DNA of 64,000 nucleotides, counting the filler, from Circinaria calcarea (taxonomy: Eukaryota): NCBI GenBank assembly GCA_051942165.1. It is 11 parts of 11 records of this genome, joined end to end, with 100 filler letters (N's around TTAATTAATTAA, not from the genome) between each part and the next. Parts side by side here need not be neighbours in the genome. Positions count along the whole stretch, not along the records: positions 46,692 to 52,420 come from JAVECS010001809.1; positions 52,521 to 58,245 come from JAVECS010001810.1; positions 58,346 to 64,000 come from JAVECS010001832.1; 8 more parts are not named here. The stretch is one strand, 5' to 3'. Positions 51,849 through 63,519 of this stretch are shown piece after piece. Position numbers and translations under genes: made by a program. Numbering within the stretch: position 1 is the first letter of the stretch; each line of letters starts with the position of its first letter. The notes under the pieces were generated by a model. It worked only from the letters and a program-made list of their open reading frames with translations. It was not told where the DNA came from and made no database searches.

Positions 51849-52699
51849 AACGGCATATGAATTCGCTGCCTTGAAGGTTTTAGAGCTTTGGAGTTTTACA
51901 ACTGGGGCTTCTTTACAGGTGGCTGTTTGTTAGTGGTATTGGCGCCTGTTGATTGAGCAGTCAATCAGGCTTGCTACCTTATCCATGTCTTGATAGACTT
52001 CACCGACGCTGGCATCTTGTTGCTTTGCTGAATGGTGGCATACAAATCCAGTTCTCTTGCTTGCAACACGCAAGGGTTTCAAATCATGACCATGGACATG
52101 CTTGTCAATCCAAGGGCCCCTTGCCTAGAAAACTCACACACTGCACCGGGAATTTCAGCAATGACTCAAGAACAACCCAGATTCACCAAGTTTAACTATT
52201 CTCATCTCCCAATAGAGCCCATTGCTCCGACCCATTCCCCCTTCGATCAGCAAATAAACCCCATTCACAACGCTTCTGTAATAATTTCCTCTCCGCAACC
52301 ATCACACCTCTGGGCGCTGGCAACCAAGACTAATACTTTCCTAACTGTAGCGGTCCTTGTATCTTATCCCGTAAATGTTTCGTTTAGAAGATGCTAGAGC
52401 TAGCTTCCTCTCCCCCCCCCNNNNNNNNNNNNNNNNNNNNNNNNNNNNNNNNNNNNNNNNNNNNTTAATTAATTAANNNNNNNNNNNNNNNNNNNNNNNN
52501 NNNNNNNNNNNNNNNNNNNNGAGGTGGGCCGTTGATTATGTACACTGGAGTAGGGAAGATTGGGGAAGATGTAATAGTAGAATATGTGCAAAAAAGGCAC
52601 AAAACCCCCCCCTTTTTGGTCCCTATCTTAATCAATTTCCTCCCTAACCTCCCCAAGCATATGCGAGCCCAGCCCAGCCTGCACACAAGCCCCCTCTCC

Positions 52700-55080
52700 T
52701 CACAACTCCCCCTGCAACCTAATATCCCTCGAACTCGCGCCCACAAACACACCAAAACCCCCCGAGGGCACCACCCACTTCTGGGCTCCTACATCCCAAT
52801 AACTCAGATCTTTCCGGCGCAAATTGAACGTCACCGTCGTCTTCGCGGCCCCACCCAGATAAACCTTCTGGAAGCCTCGGAGTTGTTTGGGCGGACTGGC
52901 GGGTGCGGATGAGGGCAGACCGATGTACAATTGGGCGACCTCGGCGCCGGCGACGCTGCCGGTGTTTTCGATGGTGGCGGTGACTGTGGCGACAGTGTCG
53001 TAGAGACCTGAGATGCCACCGGGAGCATTATTGGTGGAGCCAGCGGATCGGTCAAAGTAGTTTGTTGCGAGGCCGGAGTAGGCAAAGTTGGTGTAGGCTG
53101 TTGAAGGGGGAGAATTAGAAGATGTATGACTAGTTGAAAGAATCGAGGAGGGAGGACTTACAAAGACCGAAACCGAACTCGTAGCGGGGTTGGATGTTGT
53201 ATTTATCAAAGTGTCTGTAGTCGATATAGAGACCTTCTGGGAAATTGTCGTCTCCCCCGACGGGGCCCATGCCGTAATCGCCGACTGACTTGGCAATGGT
53301 ATATGGGAGTTTACCACTCGGTGATACCGAACCGTAGAGTACGTCTACCAACCCGTTTCCGGATTCCTGGCCTGGGATGCCAGCCCAGATCACGCCAATA
53401 ACATTAGGTAGGTTCACAATGGGTTCTAGGATTAGCGGGCCGACACTATGAATCACCACAATCGTTTTCTGGTTCACATTTGCAACCGCCTGCACCAGCT
53501 GATTTCCGTTATGCCACGGGTCAAGAGTGGCTCTGTCCCCACCATTCCCTTCGACAGTAATATATCCTTCACCGGCATCGGAATTGATAAAGACAATGGC
53601 CGTTTCAGCGGTTTTTGCAGCAGATGCGCCAGAGCTGGCGTCGTCGGTTGTCGACGTTGTCAGTGTTGTTCCGTCCGCGGCGGCGCGGGTTTTGATGGCG
53701 TCTATTGGGGCAATCAAGTACTAGGGCAGAATATAAGCAGATGAAGTGAAGACCTACTTGACAGATGGCTTACTGGGAAATCTGCTGTTCCAGAACCCCA
53801 GCCCTGTGAGATTATAAGCACACGATCTGAAGAGTTGGAGTGGCTGAGCCCCTGAATTCTATGTCCGCGGCATATCTTACCATGGCCAAAGTCCCAACAT
53901 TGCAACCCCTATCCCAGCACGCATTCGGCCCATCCGGATTGACGATTGCATCGGAGCCAATGATTGCCAGACTTGCAGGCCTTTTCAACGGCAGAGCAGA
54001 ATTGGAGTTTTTGAGGAGTACTATGCCATCCCGTGCAATAGCTCTTGCAACAGTAGCGTGGTTCCCCTGTACATTAGGGCCACCTTTACCGCCATTCCAG
54101 GATACGAACAAAGTCGGTGGATATCCGCTGTCTTGTTTGGTAAAGTACCAAGCAGCAAGGATCCGTGTAACCATGTTATCAATGCGGGATTGGGGTACTT
54201 GACCGGCATTCACGGCATTCACGAGATTCTGGCCCCACCAGAATTGATTGTTCCCAAAATTATCCCCAGGCATCGACATATCCAATCCCGCATTTGCAGC
54301 TGGGGCAGTAGTCTGCTGTGCAGTCCAATCGCTAACGACATAGCCCTGGAAATCCAACTCGTCCTTCAGTAGGTTGTTCAAGATAGTTGGATTTTCACAG
54401 GCATATGTGCCATTGAGCCTGTTATATGAGCACATGATTGATGCAACATCCGCCCTGACAGAATCCGCAAATGGCCAAAGGTACAGCTCGTGTAGTGTTC
54501 GATCGTCAATGTTGCTGCTCATGGTAGCACGGTTGAGCTCCTGTTCGTTCCCAATGTAGTGCTTTGCACATGCCTGAACGCCAGCACCTTGCATGCCTTG
54601 AATGGTCTGAGCCATTGCAACACCCGTCAAGTATGGATCAGGAGAGAATCCTTCCCAATTGCGGCCTCCTTGAGGAATCTTTCCAAGCGGTCCAGCGACC
54701 GGTCCCAGCTGGACATTGATACCTAATCCTTTGGCCTCTGCACCAAGAGCTGCCCCTCTTTGATTTATCAAGCCGATATCCCAGGTCGATGCGGCGTGCA
54801 CTCCTGCCGGAAATGCGGTAATTCCTTGGGCATAACGCACCCCGAGAGGTCCGTCCTGAAGACAAAGGGATGGATACCCAATTGATGGTATGGCCTTGGT
54901 ATTCCCTACACAAGGACCCTTGGCCCAACCACCCCCAGTCACCATGTCGACCTTATCCTGAAGAGAGAGCTTGGCCAGCGCTGCGGTAGCTTTGGAGTAC
55001 GCTGCTTCCCAGTTGCCATCTCCAGGAGCGGCACAGATTGGCGCAGCCAAAGCCACAAAGGCAAGTAAAAGGAAGAGCAT
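52700..55080 (-). CDS. Secreted GH3 beta-glucosidase (BglL/Cel3A-like), multi-exon
   Basis: Signal peptide, LCLQDGPLG, GGRNWEGF, AKHYIGNEQE, catalytic VVSDW and a C-terminal FnIII-like region (PPKQLRGFQK). Confidence 0.95.
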
Positions 55081-56099
55081 TTCTGCTGTAGGGAACTGGG
55101 ATGAAACCAAAAGAAGACGCAGTTCCAAAAGGCTGGAGAAGGGTTCTCACTGCTTCCTTTAAGCAGAAACTCTGGTAATTTGCCATCTACGCAAGGAACA
55201 GCGATCCAAGCTGTTACTGCTTCTGAATGGCCTTCGTTGTGGTACACGTCAAGGGCTCTGAGGCCCCGGTGACTCTTGTGCATTTTATCCATTTCATCCA
55301 CATTACCCATTTTATCCGGAGCGGGTATGACAAGTCGATATCGAATCGAACCTACCGGCTATTCAAGATGCATGCCTAAATTTGCGGTAACACCGTTAGC
55401 TTTACAGTAAGCTGCTGACAGCCTTCGAAGTTAGTAGTCAGTCTCTGGATGTGTCCGGTTCCGCCACTGATAGGTTCGCTTACCGCCCATCGCGCCGAAT
55501 ATCGTCAACCCCGCAAAGGCGGATTACTTGCTCCGCTGGGTAACCATTGGTACTAGGAAGCTAATGATACTCTTTTCGACGTCTATATGCAGTCAAGGTC
55601 ATACGACAGGCCAGGACAAAAGATTCGGGAGTGATTTATGGTACAATATAGCATGGGAGAAACGTGGGGTTTTACTGAGGGCACTGGGTGACCAGCCGAG
55701 ATCCGGTCTGGATAAAAATCATGTTCGAACGGAAATATCGATACTAGGGAAATCCTAGGGACAGCAAACAGCCATTGAGACAGGCGACCCAAACGCATAC
55801 TTCTTCCACTGTTCTGAACAGGTACTCTCCTTTCAAGCTGTCACGAAAAGGCCAGTTTCGCAATGAAGAAGTCCGAGCGGTGCCATCAAACAGGTCAAGT
55901 ACCTATAACACAAAGACTATAGCTCATCTTCGAATGTAGAGAAAGAGGCTTATAGAGAGCCACGAGGGCGAAGTGTGAGATGCCAGAAATGGGCGGCACG
56001 GTGCTTAAACACATAGATAGCCCGGTAGGGCTGTATCGGGCCGACTATTCAGCCGTCCAGGGGTGACCCGGGGCCAAGCCGACAAACTGGTACGAATGG

Positions 56100-58155
56100 A
56101 GGCGACGGCATGAAAACACGAGTGATAAAGCGGGGCTTTGGGGGGATTATATTGAGTACCCTGTTTAAGCTCCTTGCAAAAGCCCCCGGTAAAAGAAGCT
56201 GTTTTGGGTGCAGGGGCTGAAATTCGCTTAAATAGGGGTGACGAAAACTTTAATTCAAGCCGACAGCATGAAAAAAGGAGCGATAAAGCAGGGCTCTGGA
56301 ATTATTATTGAGAATACCTTAGTTAAGCTCCATGCAAAAGCCCCAGCCAGAAGAAGCTGTTTTGAAGGCAGCGGCTGAGATTTTGCTTAAATAGGGGTAA
56401 ACAAAAACTTTAAATTAAGCCGCCAGCATGAAAAACGAAGGATAAAGCAGGGCTCCGGGAACATGATAATTATTAACCTACTTAAGCTGTATGCAAAAGC
56501 CCCCGGCAGCAGAAGCCATTCTGGAGCCAGCGGCTTAAAAAAACAATGTAGCCCTAGCTAGTTATATATTACGCGATCAGCCGACGGTGTGAATACGCGT
56601 TGTTAAGCAAGGGGCTCTGGGTCCATCATAGCTACTTATGCCAGCAGTGTATATGCCAGAGCCCTCGGCAGGAGAAGCCTTTTTGGAGGCAGCGGCTCAA
56701 ATTTAGTTAGATAGGGGTAAATAAAATTTTAAATTCAGCCGGCAGCATGAAAACACGAGCCATAAAGTAGGGCTCTGGGGGTAATCATAGTAAATACTAT
56801 GTTTAAGCTGCGTGCAAGAGCCCCCGTCAGGAGAAGCTGTTTTGGAGGCAGTGGCTCAAAAAAACTCGATTAGCCCTAAATAACTTTATATTACGCGATC
56901 AGCCGACGTTGCGAGTACAGGGAATTCAGCAGGGGGCTTTCAGGACATAATAAATGTTTATATTCTTAGTCTATATACTAAAGCCCCCGGTAGGAGAAGC
57001 TGTTCTGGAGCCAGCGGCTTGAAATATTCGATTAGCCCTAACCAGCATTAAGCGAGAAGCCGACGGTGCGAATACGCGTTATTAAACACGGTGCTTTTGG
57101 AACATCATAGCTCCTTATAACCTCGGTGTATATGCTAGAGCCCCAGGTAGATGAAGCTATATCGAAGCCAGCGGCTTGGAAAATCCGATTAGCCCTAATT
57201 AAGTATTAAGCGAGGAGCCGACGCTGCGAGTATAAGGAACTAAGCAAGGGGCTTTGGGATTATCATAGCAATCAGCATTCTCAACTTGTGTGCCAAAGCC
57301 CTAGGTAAAAGGGGTTATATTGAAGCAAGCGGCTTGAAAAATTCGATTAGCCCTAGCCAAGCAATACGCGATCAGCCGACGTCGCGAATATAAAGAATTA
57401 GACAAGGGGCTTTTGGGACGCAATAGCTACTTATACCATCAACCTGTATATCAAAGCCCCAGGTATAAAAAGCTGTTTTGGAACCAGCGGCTCGAAAAAC
57501 TCGATTAGCCCTAATTTGAATCCTATATTCAGCCGACACTGCGAGTATGGGGAATTAAACAGAGGGCTTTTGAAACGTAATAACTGCTTATATTCCTAGT
57601 CTGTATGCCAAAGCCCCCGGCAGGAGGAGCTATATCGGAGCCGTCGGCTTGAAAACCTCGAGTAGCCCTAACTAGAATTATGTGATCAGCCGACTCTCCG
57701 AGTATGAGGCATTAGGCCGGGGGCTTTGGGGATATAATAGCTACTTATGTCACCAGTCTGCTCGCAAAAGCCCCTGGTAGGAGAAGCTATATCGGAGCCG
57801 TCGGCTTGAAAAACTCGATTAGCCCTAACCTGGCATTAAGCGAGAAGCTGTCCCGGTTTGGCTTAGCGACTCGCTTCCCAGGGCCGGATCACGTGACCCA
57901 CAATGTATTTTAGTTTCGCAGTCGTGTGGAGATTCCATCTCCAAACTTAAAATTCTAGGTTAAACACTGCAACCAGAATTCAGTCCCTGACAGAAGCCGA
58001 CGTTGGAGGTACGTGGGCTCAAACGGGAAGGCTTTGGAGAGAAGAAGATGATACAGAGCTCAAGCAATTACTATATTCTGCTGAAGCCGAAACCCATAGA
58101 AAAGCCATCCTGGAGCCAACGGCCTGGAAATTATGCGCTTAGCCCTAACCAAGCC
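56100..58155. repeat. Divergent tandem array of ~158-bp internally palindromic units (11 contiguous + 1 detached)
   Basis: Unit starts (AGCCG-like) are at 56100, 56258, 56418, 56579, 56737, 56901, 57058, 57216, 57374, 57531 and 57688, ending at ~57848. A twelfth, degenerate unit starts at ~57995. No long ORF is present. Confidence 0.92.
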
Positions 58156-58891
58156 GGTACGCGAAACAAAAGCACATTTCTTATCATACCCCCAACATCT
58201 ACAAAATATCCTACCCCTATTTGGGAGTAGGGGGCGATTTTGGGGNNNNNNNNNNNNNNNNNNNNNNNNNNNNNNNNNNNNNNNNNNNNTTAATTAATTA
58301 ANNNNNNNNNNNNNNNNNNNNNNNNNNNNNNNNNNNNNNNNNNNNCCACCTACCCCTACCACCTACCCCTACCACTTAACCTGATGAATTTTAGTATTCC
58401 AACAACGGCCAAGGATAGCCCCCTATCTCACTTTACAATTTTTTTCTGTCTTATCGAATAAAATTTATACATTTTTGATTTTTGGCTGGCTTGCTTGCTA
58501 AGATTTAGTGCGGAAAATATACATTCTCGGTCCTAACGGCCCCTCGGGGATTCCCTGTCGTCAAAAAGATACCGCAGAATCAAATGGTCTTTCTGTTTAG
58601 AGGGAGTTGGAAACTATGGAATTGGAGACTGGGAGTGGGGGTTGGGATTTAGGAGTACTGGTTTGCGGGGACTCGGATCTTTTTGGGAAGTGATGTCATT
58701 GGAATACCCCAAGGTCAGTGGCTCGGCTTCAGTATCAGGAAACGGCTTACTGTTGCAAAGGGGAGGCTGGCGCAAACGTGTCATTGCCGTGGTGTTGCTG
58801 TCGTCGAAAGGCCGTTCGTGGTAAATGCTAATACCTTGAATTGAGACGCCATCGCCTTTGTCTCTCTTTTAACAGTAAGATCGTACAATCG

Positions 58892-60782
58892 CTATAACCC
58901 GTCAATATTCAGTTTTTTGACCTTTTCCTCGACCTCTTCCAGAGGACTTATCACGCTGCAGTGGAATGCAGCTTGCAATTCCGGCTTGCTCAAATCGTCA
59001 CCTTGGCCGAGATCGCATTCAATCAACTTTTGTAAAACGTCATGGTACTGTTCAGGCATTCCTGAAGAACCCCTCAATTTCGCTAGCCTTCTCGCCTGGA
59101 AAAACTCTTTATATTGGCTGTCGTCTGCGGCATTTGCACTATTCCGTCGTTTCAACGTCTCCCAGTCTGCGGAATAAGCAATTTTAAGGAGCAAAACACC
59201 GAGATTGAACAGCAATGTATTCCGGGATCCTAGTGCATTGGCTCTCTGAGCAGCTAAAACGTTCTCACTTGAGCCAGATATTCGAGCGTTGAGATATGGA
59301 GAGCTGAGACGTATAGGCTTGTCCTTATCGGTTTCATTCTCACTGATGTCAAAAAAGTATATACTGTCGCTCTCCCAGCACGAACGCCCCCAATATGTGC
59401 TATGAAGACGTAGAAAAGCGATTGAGATAACCTTTGCCAGGTGCAGACGCTGGTAAATGGTAAAGATTCCGGGATTGTGCTTGCTTGAAATCAATGATAT
59501 GAGACCTCGCAGGGTTATTGGTCGAAGGTGCTGAGTTTTGGCTCCGTGTTCGAAAGGATAAACCAAGCTTTTCCACCTAGCCTGAGCTGGTAGGATGCCA
59601 ATGTTGCTCTTATACTGACTGGAGCGGCGGCAGCCGTGACGAAGAAAATCACAGAAATCTCCATTGATATGGTTTTGTGGGGCACAACTCTGATCGACTG
59701 GAGGCACTTGAACCATCCCAAGAGCAATGGTCTGAGGCAATAGGATCCTGACAGTTTTCTCGTTCTTTCTTTTTTTCTTTTCTGCTGGTCCTGGAATATC
59801 TTCTGGACCATGAAATTGACGCTTCAATGCTCTTGTAACGTCTTCGGGACATGAGCTACTGTCTTGCTTCTTGCTCAGGACTATCTCATGCATTATCGTC
59901 TCGATGGCGAACCATGAAAGCTCAGAATAGACAGCTGTGCTGGCAAAGGCCAAACTGAACTTAAACTGAGGTGTTGAAGCTCCATTGCCAATGATCTGCT
60001 CTACCTCTACACAAAGATGGGCGTGGTGGTCAATATGCTTATTGCAAGCATCCTTAAGTGCTTTATAGACTTCTTGTGAGGCCTCACCAATGGTGTTATG
60101 GATTTTGAGAATTTTGGCTTCGTTTCCGTGCCCAAAGCTAGTAAGGGACTTGGCTAACATGGCCTTGATCTCGGGCGAACAAATATCCTTGAAGTCCTGC
60201 ACCAAATCTTTTAATAAGCTGAGATTTTGTGAAAGTCGAGTCTCAGAAAAGGCGAATTTCAACTTTTTCTTGACATGCCGTTTCCAATCCTTCGGGGCTA
60301 ACTTAGCCCTCATTTGCTGCTGATAAACTATATTAGATATCCGGCCAATTAGCCAAAGAGCCTGAAGACTTGCGCACCTCATCCCCCCCGTCCAGCGCTT
60401 GGCTGAAATCCAATCGCTCATCCTCGGAATCATCAAGAATCCTCTCTATTTGCCGGAGAGTGCGGATACACTGCTTTCTTGATTCGCCCAGAAGGATAGC
60501 TAACTGATGCTCCAAGTCCTTATCAAACCAGCAATCGTGGCTCAAGTTCGCCAGCATCAGGTCTGCATTGTCGGTTTCGATAACGTCAGACAAAAGGTGG
60601 AAGCAAGTACCGCGAAATATTACTCGCTGGTTATCTAGTCGAGTCAAATAGCACTCCACCTCCCTGGAAAAGGACGAATATCGTGAGAATGGTCTTGAGC
60701 AAAGGTTCTGATAACCCTTAAATGTAGAGAGGATAACAGGAAGAAGGCTAACGGCCAAGCCGGCAACCTCTATGCCTGACAT
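58892..60782 (-). CDS. HeLo-like N-terminal domain + DUF7580-like (kinase-like fold) fungal protein, 2 exons
   Basis: N-terminus MSGIEVAGLAVSLLPVIL. C-terminal motifs QRLHLAKVISIAFLRLHSTYW, W.SDSIYFF, LFNLGVLLLKIAY and LIECDLG..DL...LQAAFH.SVISPLE. Intron at ~60377-60320. Confidence 0.75.
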
Positions 60783-61262
60783 TCTTAATGCAAGTGGTAG
60801 TGATCAACTATGGTCCATTCCGCATTGGCTTTGATGCGCCTTTATATTCTGGCTACTGGAGCTGTAAGAGCTTTGAGTTAAGATGAGAAAACGTTTCTTT
60901 GGTCATGTGGGCTGGCAAGATGATATGCTAACGCCTCACCAGGCTGAATCCGACCGACGAGGCTAGCGGTCAGCATATCCATGGTAGAAAAGCCCGCTGG
61001 CCCCCCACTTCAAAGGAAAGCCCACATTGCAACGTCAAAGGGCTGGAAAAACTCAAAACTGAACAGACTACAGCGAATAATACTCAGACTATTCGAAACT
61101 GCTCGTGGCATAGAACAGGTTATTCTAACAGTATCTTTTCGCCGGAGCATTATCTACTCTGCCACTTCTCGCCGTACACTATTGAAGCCGCCCAAGACTG
61201 AGGATTGAGAAGTGATATTAACGAGCACCTTGGGTTGGCTTACACATACCATCATTACTTAA

Positions 61263-63519
61263 ATGGCTCCGACCTCTCAATTTAGTGCCGTGCATGGCCT
61301 GCGCCCGGAGTGTAAACATACTTACACGGAAAACTGGGCCCACACAGTCTCGATAACTGATGGGCGGGATACCAGAGATGAGCAGGAGACTATTCCGTAC
61401 AACCTGGCGGTCTCTACGTTATACGATCTGTGTCTTCAAATCTTCCGATCGGCCTGTTGCGACCAGTTGGACTCATGCCTACGCCCATGTATATCTACAA
61501 TCTCCATGAAAAACGAAATTGCCAGATTCTATCTCTGGGGCGACGACCTTCAGATGGATCTTGTCGATCGGTCATTAGAACAGCAGGCTTCCTCAAGAAG
61601 AAAATTGTGCAACATCTTCTGCAAATTGGACGATTGCTCTTGCGCGGTGAGATAGACCCAATTCCCTTCTGCCATTCGATTAATTTCTGCTGGGCTGATG
61701 AAATTGTCTGACATAAGGTCTTAGGTTTCAAGAACGAGGCTAGTCTCTGCCACAGCGATATGTCATTTAGGAAGCTGCGTGATATTTTACAAAGCCATTC
61801 TAAATCCGCTTTCCAAAATCTCGAATCTACGAAACCACATGACGACGCTTTCACAGAATGTCAATTGCTTAATAATGAAAGCGACGAAGAGTCTGAAGAC
61901 GATGTAGCTGATATCCCCACCGATATCAGCTTCAGGACTGGATGCCTCCAGGAATTGACTCCTTTGATAAAAAGCTGCATAGTACGTGCTGAAAAGCCAA
62001 AGTCGCCTGCTGCAGCAAATGCCACCTTCACGGTTTCAGGTCCTGCATATTATTATGTTCAAAACGTCCGAGAAAAATATGAAAAAGCACCGGTTCAACT
62101 TGTGGAACGATTAGGTGAAGCCAACTGGCAACGGCATATGCGGCTACGCCAGTTAGCAAACGGCTGTGAAAGCAGCCAGGCTGATACGTTGAGCGCCGTT
62201 CAGCCCCAGTCTAATTTTCACGACTCTGGCATTGGGACTATGGAAACAGGCAGCATAAATTATACTCCCTCTGCTAAATCACACTCCTCGTTCATGTCCA
62301 GTAATGCAATAGAGAACGTGACTGGTTTACGAGTGCCCCCTGCACCTGTCGAGGTAAAAAATGGTGAACCGTTTTTCTGCAACTTCTGCGGATTAATGCA
62401 ATATAAAATCAATAACCTTATAGCCTGGAAGTAAGTTTTGCTCATTCTGTTAGATTGCTCCTATTAATATATGCGTAGGATACATGTTTTCTCGGACCTT
62501 CAACCCTATATTTGCACATTTGAGAATTGTCCGGAACATTTACTACAATTCAAAACTCGCGCGGCATGGGGAGACCATGAGTTCTCGAAACATCGGTTCC
62601 ATCATAAATGGCAATGCTCGTTTTGCAGCCAACTATATCCAGACATTGGAGTCTGCAGGGCACATTTAATAGAAACACACAAAATCAACAGCGAAAGACT
62701 TCTAGACGAGGAAGTACATTTTATCCAAGATAAAATTCAACCACTACCAATTGAGCAAGAAATGTGCCATATTTGCGGAGAAAAGCCTGCCGCAACGAAG
62801 AGAGCTTTCTTGAAACATGTCGGACGACATATGGAGAAGATTGCGCTCATGGCACTACCTGGCATAGACGATGGCAGCGAGGACGATGACTCCGTTCAAT
62901 CTGAAGAAAACCTTGCCACACATGGTGATGATACTGCGAAAACACAGTTACCTGTACTGGCAGCACTTTCGGTGCCGCTGGTCCCATCCCCGTCACCTGA
63001 AGACTCCTTAGGTACCCCAAGATCCACTAGCCTTATTTCCCATCTAAAGACGGAATCAGAGAACGAGGAGATGCTTCCTCTCCAATCTCCAGATGGGGAT
63101 CCGAGGGTACCTGCGTTTGTTCAAGCTGATATGAAGGAAAGACGTGCCAGAGCTGCTTCCCCAGGACGATGCAGCAGCTGTAATAGAGGCTTTAGTGTCC
63201 GTTGGCGACACGGTCCTGACGGAGCGAGACCTTTGTGCAATGCTTGTGGCTTGCGTATGGCCATCTTCGATACAGTTAAAGAGCGCGTTTGCTGACAGTT
63301 GAGATAGACTATGCAAAACTTACGAGGAAGCTTAAGAATAAACCGGCTGGAGATCCACCAGATCCAAGGCCAAAGGAACTCAATGATACTGAGCAGGGAA
63401 GATTCGGGGAAACAGAGAAGAGGGCGGAAAGTCAAAGCGTTTTGAAAACTTTTAAACTCAAAGATGTTGAAAGTAATCTGCACTCAGCTAAACCTCATAG
63501 AGACCCTTTAGGCCCTTGA
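61263..63519 (+). CDS. Fungal C2H2 zinc-finger protein with C-terminal GATA finger (4 exons; apparent 1-bp frameshift near 61583)
   Basis: RFYLWG, VERLGEANWQRH, FHDSGIGT, RVPPAP..FFCNFCG, WK-IHVFSDLQPYICTFENC, WQCSFC and CHICG..HVGRHME motifs, then CSSC-x18-CNACGL/HYAKLTRKL across intron 63255-63307. Confidence 0.8.

Noticed and set aside
56100..57848. CRISPR array interpretation of the repeat
   Set aside because: The period is about 158 bp, repeats are far from identical, the variable parts are still mutually similar, there are no cas genes and the context is eukaryotic.
58346..58384. (CCACCTACCCCTA)x2-3 as a telomere
   Set aside because: It is too short and is not the canonical TTAGGG repeat, so it is probably a minisatellite at an assembly break.
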